In this document: piece by piece, positions 1-9,753 of the stretch
Numbering within the stretch: the first letter of the stretch is position 1
How the letters are laid out: each line of letters opens with the position of its first letter
Assembly: GCA_043802345.1 (NCBI GenBank)
Contig: JAZDLC010000196.1
Coordinates: 1 to 47,714 of the forward strand
Length of the DNA stretch: 47,714 bases
Reading direction: 5' to 3'
DNA from: Planctomycetota bacterium
GTDB lineage: Bacteria; Planctomycetota; B15-G4; JADJEK01
Notes under the pieces: model-generated
What the model was told of the DNA's origin: nothing
Database searches by the model: none
Seen by the model: only the letters and a program-made list of their open reading frames with translations
Program-made: the position numbers and the translations under genes

Positions 1-137
1 CCGAGTTGCCGCCGGCAGGCTGAAGAGATGATAGATCCCTTGACCACATCGGAATCAGAGGCCAGCAGCTTGAGCGGAACCAGCGGTTCCTCGGTACGAT
101 TTCGTCCAATCGGCCTGGCATCGGAGGAGATGACCTG

Positions 138-2636
138 ATGGAAATCACGACAACCGTACGCACTCTGTTCGCCGCAACTCTTCTCGGCTTGACCGCAATC
201 GCTCAGAATCAGCCGTTCGAGGAGGCCGAACGGAATGCCGCTCGCAGCCAGCAGGCGATCCAGTTCTGCCGGCGGTACTCCCAGGGCTGGCTCGCGCACG
301 CCGATCCGGCTTCCGGCCTGCTGCCGCGCACGACGAGCGGCGACCGCTACTGGAACGCGAAGGACTGCGCCGCGGACAACTTCCCCTTCCTGCTCCTCAC
401 CGCACATGTCACCGGCGACCATCATCTCGCGCGCGCCGCGGAGCAGATCTTCGATCAGGAGCGCCGGTTGACGCTCCGGCTCGACGCGCTCCCCGACGAC
501 TTCTTCTTCGACATCCAGGGTCTGAAGGACGGCCCCTATGACCTGGAGGCGCTGATCTTCGGCGCCTCCGAATACGCCAAGGACGGCCTGATGCCGGTCG
601 TGGAACTGCTCGGGGAAGGCCCCTGGCTCGCGCGGATGGAGGAGCTGATTCAGGACATCTGGAAGCACGCCGCCTATGAGACCCCGGTCGGTCTGCTCCC
701 TTCGCTCGACGTCGAGGTCGGGGGCGAGTTGCTGCAGACCATGAGTCGTCTCTATTGGCTTTCGGCCAAGCCGGAGTACAAGGAGTGGGCCCTGCGTCTT
801 GCCGACTACTACTTCTTCCACGCCAACCTCCTGTCCGGAAAGGTCGTGCGGCTGCGCGACCACGGCTGCGAGATTCTCGGCGGCCTGTCCGAGGCGTACG
901 TCATCGCGGCGCGGGAGGACCCGGAGCGGCATGAGCAGTACCGCAGGGCGCTCTCCGCGATCCTCGACCGCATCCTCGAGATCGGCCTGAACGAGCACGG
1001 AATGATGGTCAACGCCGTCGACCCGCGGAGCGGCGAGGTCACGGCCGGCGGCCTGAGCGACGGCTGGGGGTATGTGTACAACGCCTACCTGACGGTCGCC
1101 GAACTGGATGATCTCCCGCGCTATCGGGCCGCGGTCCAGAAGGCGCTCGAGAACATCCACCAGTACGCCGCCTACTCCTGGGAGGGGGACCACGGCGCCG
1201 ACGGGTACGCGGATTCGATCGAGGGTGCAATCAACCTCCTGAACCGCATCCCGGTCGACTCGGCGAGGGAGTGGGTGCACGCGGAGATCCAGCACATCTT
1301 CGAGAAGCAGCGCCCGGACGGGATCATCGAAGGGTGGTACGGCGACGGCAACTCCGCCCGCACCGCCCTGATGTACGCCCTGATGTGCACAGAGGGGTGC
1401 GCCGCGACGCCGTGGCGCGACGACCTGGCGCTCGGCGCCGAGCGCGGACCGGAAGGCGCCGTCCGGATCTCCCTCCGCAGCGAGTGGCCCTGGCGCGGAC
1501 GGCTCAGGTGCGATCGCCCGCGTCACCGTGAGGTTCTCCACATGGAGAACGACTACCCGCGCATCAACCAGTTCCCCGAGTGGTTCACCGTAGAGAGCGA
1601 TCGCGGCTACGTTCTCGAGCGCGAGGGGAAGGAGCCGCGGCCCTTTCGCGGAGCCGAACTCTCGAGCCTGGAACTGCGAGTGCCGGCGAATCAGACGGTG
1701 CACCTCATCATCCGCCCCCTCCGCGAAGGCGAGAAGATCGCGTGGCGCGACCGGCGCTACACTCCTGGCTCCGCCGGGGACGCCGCCCGCTGGCAGCAGG
1801 AGTTGCGCGCGGACCTGGGTAAGCTGCTGCGCCTCGAGGGCAAGAGCGCCCGGGAGCTCCCGCTCGACATCGAGCAGGTTTCCAGTTCAGAGGGGCCGGG
1901 CTACGAGCTGAGGGAGATCGAGCTGCAGGCCACGCCCGGACGGCGGATCCGCGCGCTGGTGACCTCTCCGCGCGCTGTGGAGTTTCCCGTGCCGGCCGTG
2001 GTGTGCATCCACGGGCACGGCGGCAACCGCGGCGTCGTCCATTCGGATGAGCGCTCGTACCGGCGGTTTGCCGCGAAGCTGGCGGAAAAGGGCCTGGTGA
2101 CCATCGCCGTGGATGTCGGCCAGCACGAGGTGTACGAGGAGGGGCGCACGCTGCTGGGAGAACGCCTGGGCGATCTCATGCGCTGCGTCGACTATCTGAC
2201 CTCGCTCGAGCAGGTCGACGAATCGCGGATCGGCTGCGCCGGGCTCTCCCTGGGCGGTGAGATGGTGATGTGGCTCGCCGCCATGGACACGCGGATCGCC
2301 GCCGCCGTGAGCTCGGGCTTCCTCACCACCATGGACCAGATGGAGCAGAACCACTGCATGTGCTGGAAGTTCGACGGGCTGCGCGAGCTGGTCGACTACG
2401 CCGACATCTACTCCCTCGTCGCTCCGCGCTTCCTGGAGTGCCAGAACGGCATCCTGGAGGGGCCGAACGACTTCTTCGTCCCGATCGCCCGTGAGGTCCT
2501 ATCGGAGATCAAGACCATCTACCGCGACTTCGGCCAGCAAGAGAACACCGAACTCCTCGTCCACAAGGGCGGCCACCAGATCGATCTTCCCTCGCTGCTC
2601 GAGTTCTTCGAGCGTCATCTCGGCCGGGCGAAGTGA
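138..2636 (+). CDS. Secreted two-domain protein: N-terminal probable (alpha/alpha)-barrel glycosidase-like domain fused to C-terminal alpha/beta-hydrolase (esterase/dienelactone hydrolase-like)
   Basis: 832 aa ORF with RBS ggagga and a signal peptide. C-terminal ~290 aa has HGHGG, nucleophile elbow GLSLGG, a later D and GGH. N-terminal helical region is rich in W/Y/D/E motifs (DNFPF, SEYAKDG, DHGCE, DGYADSIEG). Confidence 0.7.
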   Translation: MEITTTVRTLFAATLLGLTAIAQNQPFEEAERNAARSQQAIQFCRRYSQGWLAHADPASGLLPRTTSGDRYWNAKDCAADNFPFLLLTAHVTGDHHLARAAEQIFDQERRLTLRLDALPDDFFFDIQGLKDGPYDLEALIFGASEYAKDGLMPVVELLGEGPWLARMEELIQDIWKHAAYETPVGLLPSLDVEVGGELLQTMSRLYWLSAKPEYKEWALRLADYYFFHANLLSGKVVRLRDHGCEILGGLSEAYVIAAREDPERHEQYRRALSAILDRILEIGLNEHGMMVNAVDPRSGEVTAGGLSDGWGYVYNAYLTVAELDDLPRYRAAVQKALENIHQYAAYSWEGDHGADGYADSIEGAINLLNRIPVDSAREWVHAEIQHIFEKQRPDGIIEGWYGDGNSARTALMYALMCTEGCAATPWRDDLALGAERGPEGAVRISLRSEWPWRGRLRCDRPRHREVLHMENDYPRINQFPEWFTVESDRGYVLEREGKEPRPFRGAELSSLELRVPANQTVHLIIRPLREGEKIAWRDRRYTPGSAGDAARWQQELRADLGKLLRLEGKSARELPLDIEQVSSSEGPGYELREIELQATPGRRIRALVTSPRAVEFPVPAVVCIHGHGGNRGVVHSDERSYRRFAAKLAEKGLVTIAVDVGQHEVYEEGRTLLGERLGDLMRCVDYLTSLEQVDESRIGCAGLSLGGEMVMWLAAMDTRIAAAVSSGFLTTMDQMEQNHCMCWKFDGLRELVDYADIYSLVAPRFLECQNGILEGPNDFFVPIAREVLSEIKTIYRDFGQQENTELLVHKGGHQIDLPSLLEFFERHLGRAK

Positions 2637-2663
2637 GCCGACCGGTTCAAGACACGGCGCCGG

Positions 2664-3830
2664 TCAGTCGTAGAAGCCGTGCTCGAACGCCGCGTCGTAC
2701 ATGGCCACGACGTTCTCGGGGGGAACGCCGGCCTGGATGTTGTGGACGTTGTTGAAGACATAGCCGCCGCCCGGCTTCCAGATCTCCAGATGGCGGCGCA
2801 CATCGTCGCGGACCTTTTCCGGGGACGCCGACGGCAGCACGTGCTGGGAATCGATCGCGCCGCCCCAGAAGGCGAGCTGCTTCCCGTATTGCCGCTTCAG
2901 CGCCGCCGGATCCATGCCGGTGGCGCTGATCTGGACCGGGTTCAGCACCTGGATGCCGTTATCGAGCAGGTCGGGGATGAACGCGGCGCACCCGCCGCAG
3001 GTGTGGTACCAGACCCGGGCGCGAGTCCGTGAACGGATGTATTGGACCAGCCGCGCGTGACGGGGTTGGATCACGCGGCGGTAGAAGGCGGGGTTGAACA
3101 GCGGGCCGGTCTGGCCGGCGAGATCATCGCCGATCATGATCACGTCGACCACGTCGCCGACCTCGTCGAGGAAGAGGCGAAACCAGTCGAGCCAGAAGCG
3201 GAGCGTCTGGTCGAGGATCTTCTCGCACAGTTCGGGCTGGAGGACGGTGTCGCAGAGCCACTGCTCCAGGCCGCGCAGATACCAGCAGATCTCGTAGACC
3301 ACCCCGGAAATCCCGCTGACCACGGCGTAGGGGGTGTGATTGCGGATTTCCAGGGCGCGGTCGCGCAAGCCAAAGAAGCGTCCGGGGTCGTCCCCCTGCG
3401 GAAACGGATAGTCGTCGATCTCCCCGATCTCTGCGAGCGCCAGAGGGTGGTGGCTGATGTCCATGAAGTACGGCATGTCGTCGGGCATCGACCAGGTCAC
3501 GCCGAACTCGTCGGTCAGGTCATGCCACAGCCGGCCGCCGCGCTCGTTCAGTTCGATGCCCCCTTTCCAGTCCGAAGCGGCGCCGGCGGCGATGTACCGG
3601 GTGTCGACCCGGAGGCGCTCGAGCACCGCCTCGCTGGGCCGGGCGAGCTGCTGGACGGCGTCCATGATCTCGATCTTCTCCTCGAAGCCGAGATGATCGA
3701 GCAGCGCCTGGTAGGCGAAGCGATGGATGCCGGTCTGGTTTCCGCCGAGGTCGATCGGGACGCGATCCGGCTCCTCGTGGCGAAGAGCCCGGAGCAACCG
3801 CTCCCTCGAGGTCATCGTCTCTTGCGGCAT
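2664..3830 (-). CDS. Uroporphyrinogen decarboxylase (URO-D/MtaA-CmuA) family protein
   Basis: MTSRER..EPDRVPID, DEFGVTW, GDDLAGQ, YHTCG, LNPVQ, FWGGAIDSQ and GGYVFNNVHNIQ..VPPEN motifs. Confidence 0.9.
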   Translation of the reverse strand: MPQETMTSRERLLRALRHEEPDRVPIDLGGNQTGIHRFAYQALLDHLGFEEKIEIMDAVQQLARPSEAVLERLRVDTRYIAAGAASDWKGGIELNERGGRLWHDLTDEFGVTWSMPDDMPYFMDISHHPLALAEIGEIDDYPFPQGDDPGRFFGLRDRALEIRNHTPYAVVSGISGVVYEICWYLRGLEQWLCDTVLQPELCEKILDQTLRFWLDWFRLFLDEVGDVVDVIMIGDDLAGQTGPLFNPAFYRRVIQPRHARLVQYIRSRTRARVWYHTCGGCAAFIPDLLDNGIQVLNPVQISATGMDPAALKRQYGKQLAFWGGAIDSQHVLPSASPEKVRDDVRRHLEIWKPGGGYVFNNVHNIQAGVPPENVVAMYDAAFEHGFYD

Positions 3831-3851
3831 GGTCTTCGCTCCGACCTCCTG

Positions 3852-4913
3852 CTACCCCGCTCCGATCTTGTTCCCGTACCCGATCACCACCGTGGAGAGG
3901 ACCAGCGCAAGGAGCCCCAGCGCGATCCACAGGCGGGTCGCCCGGCTGGTTCCGCGCCACTCCTTCAGCGCGATTCCCCAGATGGTGCTGAAGATGATGA
4001 TGCTGGCCATGTGCAGCGTCCAGCTGGAGAAGCCGTAGGCGCCCATCTTGGTGGTGCCCATCCCGTAGAAGAAGAACTGCAGGTACCAGGTGAGGCCGGC
4101 CAGGGCGCAGAGAAGGTAGTTCGCGGCGAGCGGAACGCGCTCGCCGGCGATCATCGGGCGGACGTAGTCAGCGAGCCTGCGCTCCTTCAGGATCAAGAAC
4201 AGGCACCAGGCGAAGTTCGTGGTGAAGCCACCGAACAGGACCACCACGAGGACGGGGAGATTCTGCCACAGCTCCGGCGTGCCCCTCTCAACGGCCAGCT
4301 CCCCGATCGGCCCTCCGGCGGCGAAGCCGTACGCCATTGCCGCGCTCATCACCCCGGCGAAGATCGCCACCATGACTCCCTTGCCGAAGTTGAACTCCGC
4401 CACCGACTCCCGCTTCTCCTTCTCGGGCAGCTCCTTCTCCTTCTGCATCCCTGCCTTGCCGCTGAGCGCGATGCCGGCCAGGCAGATCAGGACGCCCAGC
4501 AGGATCGTCTTGCCGGAGGCCGAGGCGATGATTTGCGCCAACTCCCCCTTGAACAGCGGCGGAACGAGTGTTCCGAACGCCGCGCACAGCCCGAGGGCGA
4601 TGGCATAGCCGAGCGCGATCCCGAGATAGCGCATGGTCAGTCCGAACGTCAGCCCCCCGATTCCCCACAAGACGCCGAAGAACCAGGTCCAGAAGAGCGT
4701 CCGCGCGGGCGTCGCCGCCAGGATGGCGGGGGTCTCCGGAACGATGATCAGCGCCAGCACCCAGGGCGCGACGATCCAACTGAAGAAGCCGCCGGCCAGC
4801 CAGAAGCTCTCCCAGCGCCAGCCGCGGACCCGCTTGTACGGAAGATAGAAGCTCGCCGCGGCCAGGCCGCCGATGGCGTGGAGCAACAGGCCGAGGAAGG
4901 GATCGGGCTGCAA
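3852..4913 (-). CDS. rhaT: L-rhamnose/proton symporter family transporter
   Basis: About 10 TM helices; SFYLPYKRV.GW.WE, WGIGGLTFGL.MRYLG, GG..TN..WC, WYLQFFFYGMG, SW.LHM and LKEW motifs. TTG start. Confidence 0.92.
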   Translation of the reverse strand: MQPDPFLGLLLHAIGGLAAASFYLPYKRVRGWRWESFWLAGGFFSWIVAPWVLALIIVPETPAILAATPARTLFWTWFFGVLWGIGGLTFGLTMRYLGIALGYAIALGLCAAFGTLVPPLFKGELAQIIASASGKTILLGVLICLAGIALSGKAGMQKEKELPEKEKRESVAEFNFGKGVMVAIFAGVMSAAMAYGFAAGGPIGELAVERGTPELWQNLPVLVVVLFGGFTTNFAWCLFLILKERRLADYVRPMIAGERVPLAANYLLCALAGLTWYLQFFFYGMGTTKMGAYGFSSWTLHMASIIIFSTIWGIALKEWRGTSRATRLWIALGLLALVLSTVVIGYGNKIGAG

Positions 4914-4988
4914 CCGGAACCGACTTTCGCACGAGGGAAACGGGAACGGACCATGTTACGAACAATCACGCCCGGTGAAAAGTTCGGG

Positions 4989-7082
4989 TTACCCGCCGGT
5001 CTCCTTGACGTCGAGCCACCAGCCGCGTTCGGACTCGAGCAGGCCGTGCGGGTCGTGCAGCACCCAGGGGAGCTTCTCGCCCTTCATCCTGGTGGTGTCC
5101 TTGACCCTGCAGATCACCCGGTAGCGTCCCCGCTCGAGCCTGGTGGTGTCCAGGGTGAAGATGTGGACGCCCTTGCGGTTGGGCTTCGTTTGCGCCATCG
5201 GTTCGCTCTCGATGGGGGAGAGGGGCCCGCGGTCCTTGCGGTCGCCGAAGAAGTAGCCGTCGCCGGGGCCGTCCGGGAAAGCGGGCACGGACTGTTCGGG
5301 GAGCACCCACCAGCGGACCTCCAGGGCGTGGCTCTTCGGCTTCAGCACCTCGACCTTGAAGGTCATCTGCGGCTCGGCCGCGAGCGGCGGGAGCAGTTCG
5401 GCGTAGCGGTCCTCCGCCTGCGTCACGTGGTGGGGCGGATCGCAGGAGTCGATCGGGTCGACCACGGTGTAGATCCGCAGCACGATCTGTTCCCGGCAGA
5501 CGGGGCAGAACGTGGTCCCGCCTTCCATGGCGCAGCCGCCGGGATTCGATTTCCAGGCGCCCTCGGTGCGGCCGGCCGCCCCCTCGTAGACGCCGATATG
5601 CTTCGGGTCGGCCTCGAGCCAGTGGCGCCAGGGCACCTGCTCCGGGTCGGGGGTGTTGCTGACGTTCGGCCCCGATTCCACCTCGCCGGTATAGCCCACG
5701 TCGGTGGTGTACTCGTCCATCAGCCCGGCAAAGGCGTGCCCCCATTCATGAATCAGGGTGGCGTACGAGGTTCCGCCCACGGTCGCCACTCCCGCTCCTC
5801 CGGTCCCGCCGGTGCCGTTCTTGGCGAACACGGCCGCGTACCGGTCATGATCCGGGATCTCCTCCAACTGGCGCATGACCAGATCGTGGTCCACGGCGAC
5901 CTGGCCTTGTTTGGCCCCCGAGTCCCGGCCGCCGAGGATCGTGCTGAAAGTGTCCTCCCCCAGCTTGTCCACCCCGTCTTCCTCGCTGCGGAGCGAGGTT
6001 CGCAGGATGTTGTGATACGAGTAGTACTCGCCGAAGATCTTGTGCTGCTCGAAGAACAGCGGCACGCCGTTCACGATCTTGTCGAACTGCGGCATGTCCT
6101 TCAGCGTGTACCCCTCGCCCATCAGGACCACGTCGATGCGGTTCCGGCTCGGCCCGTTCAGGACGACCGGCTCCCAGCAGAGGAAGGCGTTCGGCAGGGT
6201 CCGCGTGGCCGCCTTCATGCCGGTGGGAGTCTTCGGGTACTTCTTGGAGACGGCCTCGTACTGCTTGATCGCCTGCGGGTAGCGCCCCTTGAGGGCGTCG
6301 CCGTGCGCCTTCTGGAACAGCTTCTCCGCGGCGAGCTGGTCCTTGGGCTGCGAATACAGTTCGGCGCTGAACATGGTGTGGCGGAACGCTTCGATGGTCA
6401 GGGGGTGCACCCCGGCCTTCGCGGTCAGCCAGCCGGCCAGCCCGCCCTCCTGGGCGTCCCAGATGTCGAACACCGCTTCCAGACCGAACTGGGGCGGCGT
6501 GCGCCGGTCGCAGATCACGAAGTCGTCCAGGATCGCTTCCCTGGGCACCTCCGCCAGTTCCAGCAGCGCGGCCACCAGGATGCCGACGCGGTCGACGCCG
6601 ATCTGTCCTTGCAGGATCAGGGGTTGATTGGCAGGGTCGGCCACCATCTGGACCAGCGCACGAATGACGTGCGGGTTCTCGTTCCAGAGGCGGGGATAGA
6701 GTTCCGAGGCGTTGCGGGTGTATTCCTGGACGTCCATCCGCATGCGCACCAGGTACGGCTTGCGGCCGAATGGCTTGGGCGCCACGCCGTCCTTTTCGAT
6801 CTCATCAAAGGTGCGGACGTCGACGACCTTCTTCAGGCCGTAGGCATGCAAGGCGTCAATGGCGTCGGGGCCCGCCTCGGCGAGGGTTCCGCTGCGAACC
6901 AGCACCCCCGGCCGGACCGCCTGGCCGTGCCGATTCAGCATGCCGCTCACCTCACGGACGTTTGCCACTCCGCTCAGCTCGCCCGGCCAGGGACGGCGCT
7001 CCTCGTCCCTTGGGAACGCGGTCGCCGCCCCCAGTGCCAGCGTCAGGCAGATCAGTCCCAGTCGTGCGCGCGAGTCTCTCAT
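4989..7082 (-). CDS. Secreted fusion: degenerate tyrosine-phosphatase-like domain + TPR-like helix pair + M64 (IgA peptidase-like) metallopeptidase
   Basis: Signal peptide. NVRE..G/LVRSG/VVDVRT..E and G.DR.G phosphatase-like motifs. RIDVVLMGEGY, HEWGHAFAGLMDEY, PN, YEGA, C.M and FCPVC are M64 motifs. Confidence 0.8.
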   Translation of the reverse strand: MRDSRARLGLICLTLALGAATAFPRDEERRPWPGELSGVANVREVSGMLNRHGQAVRPGVLVRSGTLAEAGPDAIDALHAYGLKKVVDVRTFDEIEKDGVAPKPFGRKPYLVRMRMDVQEYTRNASELYPRLWNENPHVIRALVQMVADPANQPLILQGQIGVDRVGILVAALLELAEVPREAILDDFVICDRRTPPQFGLEAVFDIWDAQEGGLAGWLTAKAGVHPLTIEAFRHTMFSAELYSQPKDQLAAEKLFQKAHGDALKGRYPQAIKQYEAVSKKYPKTPTGMKAATRTLPNAFLCWEPVVLNGPSRNRIDVVLMGEGYTLKDMPQFDKIVNGVPLFFEQHKIFGEYYSYHNILRTSLRSEEDGVDKLGEDTFSTILGGRDSGAKQGQVAVDHDLVMRQLEEIPDHDRYAAVFAKNGTGGTGGAGVATVGGTSYATLIHEWGHAFAGLMDEYTTDVGYTGEVESGPNVSNTPDPEQVPWRHWLEADPKHIGVYEGAAGRTEGAWKSNPGGCAMEGGTTFCPVCREQIVLRIYTVVDPIDSCDPPHHVTQAEDRYAELLPPLAAEPQMTFKVEVLKPKSHALEVRWWVLPEQSVPAFPDGPGDGYFFGDRKDRGPLSPIESEPMAQTKPNRKGVHIFTLDTTRLERGRYRVICRVKDTTRMKGEKLPWVLHDPHGLLESERGWWLDVKETGG

Positions 7083-7272
7083 GTCGGCTGTCCTGGTTTC
7101 CGTTGGTTCGCGGTCGGTCCAGGCTAGCAGAGTTCGCGCGCGAGCGCTCCTGGAGCCTGCCCCTTGGGGGGCCCTCCTTGCGAATCCGGTGGTTCTTGTC
7201 CCGGCACGGTACCTCCACGACGGTCTTGAACCGCATCCCGCGGTTCATGGAGACTGGTTGGTAACAGTCCGG

Positions 7273-7839
7273 TCACGGCCTTGCCGGGTGGAGCGCACGA
7301 CCGAACTCCGCCCGCCGCCGATGCACCATGAAGACGAACAACCAGAAGCCGAGCAGCGTCCCCACGGCGACCAGTTTCGCGAGTCCCTCCAGAAAACCGG
7401 GACCGAGCAGCTTCTCGAGTTGACTTGCGAACGGGTTGCTCACGTCCGCCTGTTGGGCCGCGTCGTCGAACAGGTAGAGCAGCTTGTCGGCCGTGTAGAC
7501 GGCGGACCCCGCGAGGACGGCCCGATACCCCCAGCGATAGGCGCGCCAGAGTCCGACGCCGATGACCAGGAAGGTGGCGACGAACAGGCCGTGATAGAGC
7601 AGCGCAAGGAACCCCTCGCGCATCGCGCCCAGCAAGGGGACCGGATCGGTGATTGAGATCAGCTCGAAGGCCGCGGAAAAAACGAAGAGCAGTCCCGAGG
7701 ACCGGAAGAAGAAGCTGCCCTTCGAGCCGGTCCCGGCCGGCTCGGGCCGCACCCACGATCCAGAGACCTTCTCCGCCCCGCAGAAGCGGCACACGATTGC
7801 CTCATCCTGGATCTGTTCAGCGCAAAAGGCGCACTTCAT
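7273..7839 (-). CDS. Zinc-ribbon domain membrane protein
   Basis: Start reassigned to MKCAFCAEQIQDEAIVCRFCG (CxxC..CxxC, UPF0547-like) with RBS gggagga; about 4 TM segments follow. Confidence 0.75.
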   Translation of the reverse strand: MKCAFCAEQIQDEAIVCRFCGAEKVSGSWVRPEPAGTGSKGSFFFRSSGLLFVFSAAFELISITDPVPLLGAMREGFLALLYHGLFVATFLVIGVGLWRAYRWGYRAVLAGSAVYTADKLLYLFDDAAQQADVSNPFASQLEKLLGPGFLEGLAKLVAVGTLLGFWLFVFMVHRRRAEFGRALHPARP

Positions 7840-8031
7840 GGCATCCTCCCGGTCCCGGGCATGTTGCCAAGGTTGTAGTCGATAGATCGACGTGGATACC
7901 GCACGAACTTGGGTCGGCACCCTGAAAATCAACAGCTCTTGCGGAGAAAGAGGGATCTCGGCCGGCGGTGACTATGATCACCTGTGATGCCGCGCCCTTT
8001 CCGTCCAAGAACGGAGTCGGTTCCTGGTGTG

Positions 8032-9726
8032 ATGAGACTTCAAGCCAGACTGGCGCTTCTCTTTGCCCTCGCTCTCCTGGCCCCGGCCGGCAGCGCGACC
8101 GCTCAGGGGGTCCGGACGGGCCGGACGTCCGGCCACCCGCTCGGTGGGGACCAGACCTGCTACGACGTTCTTCACTACGCCCTCGACCTCACGGTCGACC
8201 CGAAGAAGAAGGCGATCTCCGGCACGCTCGCGATGCGGGCGAAGATCACCCAGGCGACCGCGCGGCTCGGGCTCGATCTGGACGGGGATCTGGAGGTCTC
8301 ACGGGTCTGTCTCGGAGACGCGACGCTCCAGTTCGAGCAGGCGGACGGCAAGGTCATGTTCGATCTCCAGGAGCCCGGCTGCCAGCCGGGCCAGGAGGTC
8401 GAGGTCGTCGTCACCTACGGCGGAGTCCCGCGCGTCGCGGCGAACCCGCCGTGGCAGGGCGGATTCACCTGGGCAGAAACGAAACAGGGGCGACCCTGGA
8501 TCGCCACCTCATGCCAGCTCGAGGGGGCGGATCTGTGGTGGCCCTGCAAGGACCATCCCTCGGACGAGCCGGACTCGATGGACATCCGGGTCACCGTGCC
8601 GAAGCCGCTGATCGTGGCCAGCAACGGCAAACTGGTCTCGGTCGAGCCGGCCGCCCGGAAGGGCTGGCACACCTACCACTGGCATGTGTCGACGCCGATC
8701 AACACCTACGGAGTCGCGCTCAACATCGCGCCGTACCGGACGATCAGCAAGAAGATCAAGAGCGTCGCCGGCGACACCTTCGAGGTCACCTACTGGGTGC
8801 TCCCGGAGAACTACAAGAAGGGGAAGGAGCTCTTCAAGGAGATCCTCGAGCACATGGAGTTCTGCGAGAAGGTCTTCGGCCCGTATCCGTTCCGCGCGGA
8901 CAAGTATGGCGTGGCCGAGACGCCTCACCTGGGGATGGAGCATCAGACCATCGTCGCCTACGGCAACAAGTACCGGGGCAACCCCTGGGGCAAGCAACAG
9001 GGGTTCGACTTCCTGCATCACCACGAGTTTTCCCATGAATGGTGGGGGAACCTGGTCACGGCCGCGTACTGGAACGACTTCTGGATCCACGAAGGTTTCG
9101 GGACCTACGCCCAGGCGCTCTACGTCGAGGAGCTGCACGGGATCGAGGAGTATCACGTGGAGATGGCGAGTACGCGCCGGAAGATCCAGAACAGCGCGGT
9201 GCTCGCTCCGCGCGAGCCGCGAAGCTCGGGTGAGATGGAGTCGGGCGGAGGCGGTCCGGGTCAGGATGTCTATTCCAGGGGCTCCTGGGTGCTGCACTCC
9301 CTGCGCTGGCTGGTCGGCGACGAGAAGTTCTTCCTCGCTCTGCGCCGCATGGCGTATCCCGACCCCGAACTGGAGAAGACCACCGACGGCAGCGCCTGCC
9401 GCCTGGCCACGACCGACGAGATCCGGCAGATCGCCGAACAGCACACCGGTTTCGACCTGCAGTGGTTCTTCGAGGTCTACCTGCGCCAGCCAGGACTGCC
9501 CAGGCTCGAGCATGAGGTGAAGGGAAGTGAACTCCACCTGCGCTGGGTCGTCCCCGGCGAGCGGGAGTTCCCGATGCCCGTGCCGGTCAAGGTCGGCAAG
9601 AGCGTGGTGCGCGTCGAGATGCCCGAAGGCCGGGGTGTCCTGCGCCTGAAGTCGATGCAATTCGAGCTCGACCCGGACAACTGGATTCTGAAGGAGGAGC
9701 CTGACCTCCGCGGAGACCGCAAGTGA
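8032..9726 (+). CDS. M1 family aminopeptidase, secreted
   Basis: Signal peptide; YDVLHY.LDL, WWPCKD.PSD, GMEHQT, HEFSHEWWGN...WIHEGF and VYSRG.WVLH.LR motifs. Confidence 0.93.
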   Translation: MRLQARLALLFALALLAPAGSATAQGVRTGRTSGHPLGGDQTCYDVLHYALDLTVDPKKKAISGTLAMRAKITQATARLGLDLDGDLEVSRVCLGDATLQFEQADGKVMFDLQEPGCQPGQEVEVVVTYGGVPRVAANPPWQGGFTWAETKQGRPWIATSCQLEGADLWWPCKDHPSDEPDSMDIRVTVPKPLIVASNGKLVSVEPAARKGWHTYHWHVSTPINTYGVALNIAPYRTISKKIKSVAGDTFEVTYWVLPENYKKGKELFKEILEHMEFCEKVFGPYPFRADKYGVAETPHLGMEHQTIVAYGNKYRGNPWGKQQGFDFLHHHEFSHEWWGNLVTAAYWNDFWIHEGFGTYAQALYVEELHGIEEYHVEMASTRRKIQNSAVLAPREPRSSGEMESGGGGPGQDVYSRGSWVLHSLRWLVGDEKFFLALRRMAYPDPELEKTTDGSACRLATTDEIRQIAEQHTGFDLQWFFEVYLRQPGLPRLEHEVKGSELHLRWVVPGEREFPMPVPVKVGKSVVRVEMPEGRGVLRLKSMQFELDPDNWILKEEPDLRGDRK

Positions 9727-9753
9727 GTCCCCGCGGCTGGCCCTCCAGGGTGG

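Noticed and set aside
3042-7127. 1361 aa plus-strand ORF
   Set aside because: Antisense shadow of three well-supported minus-strand genes; typical of high-GC codon bias and has no recognisable motifs.
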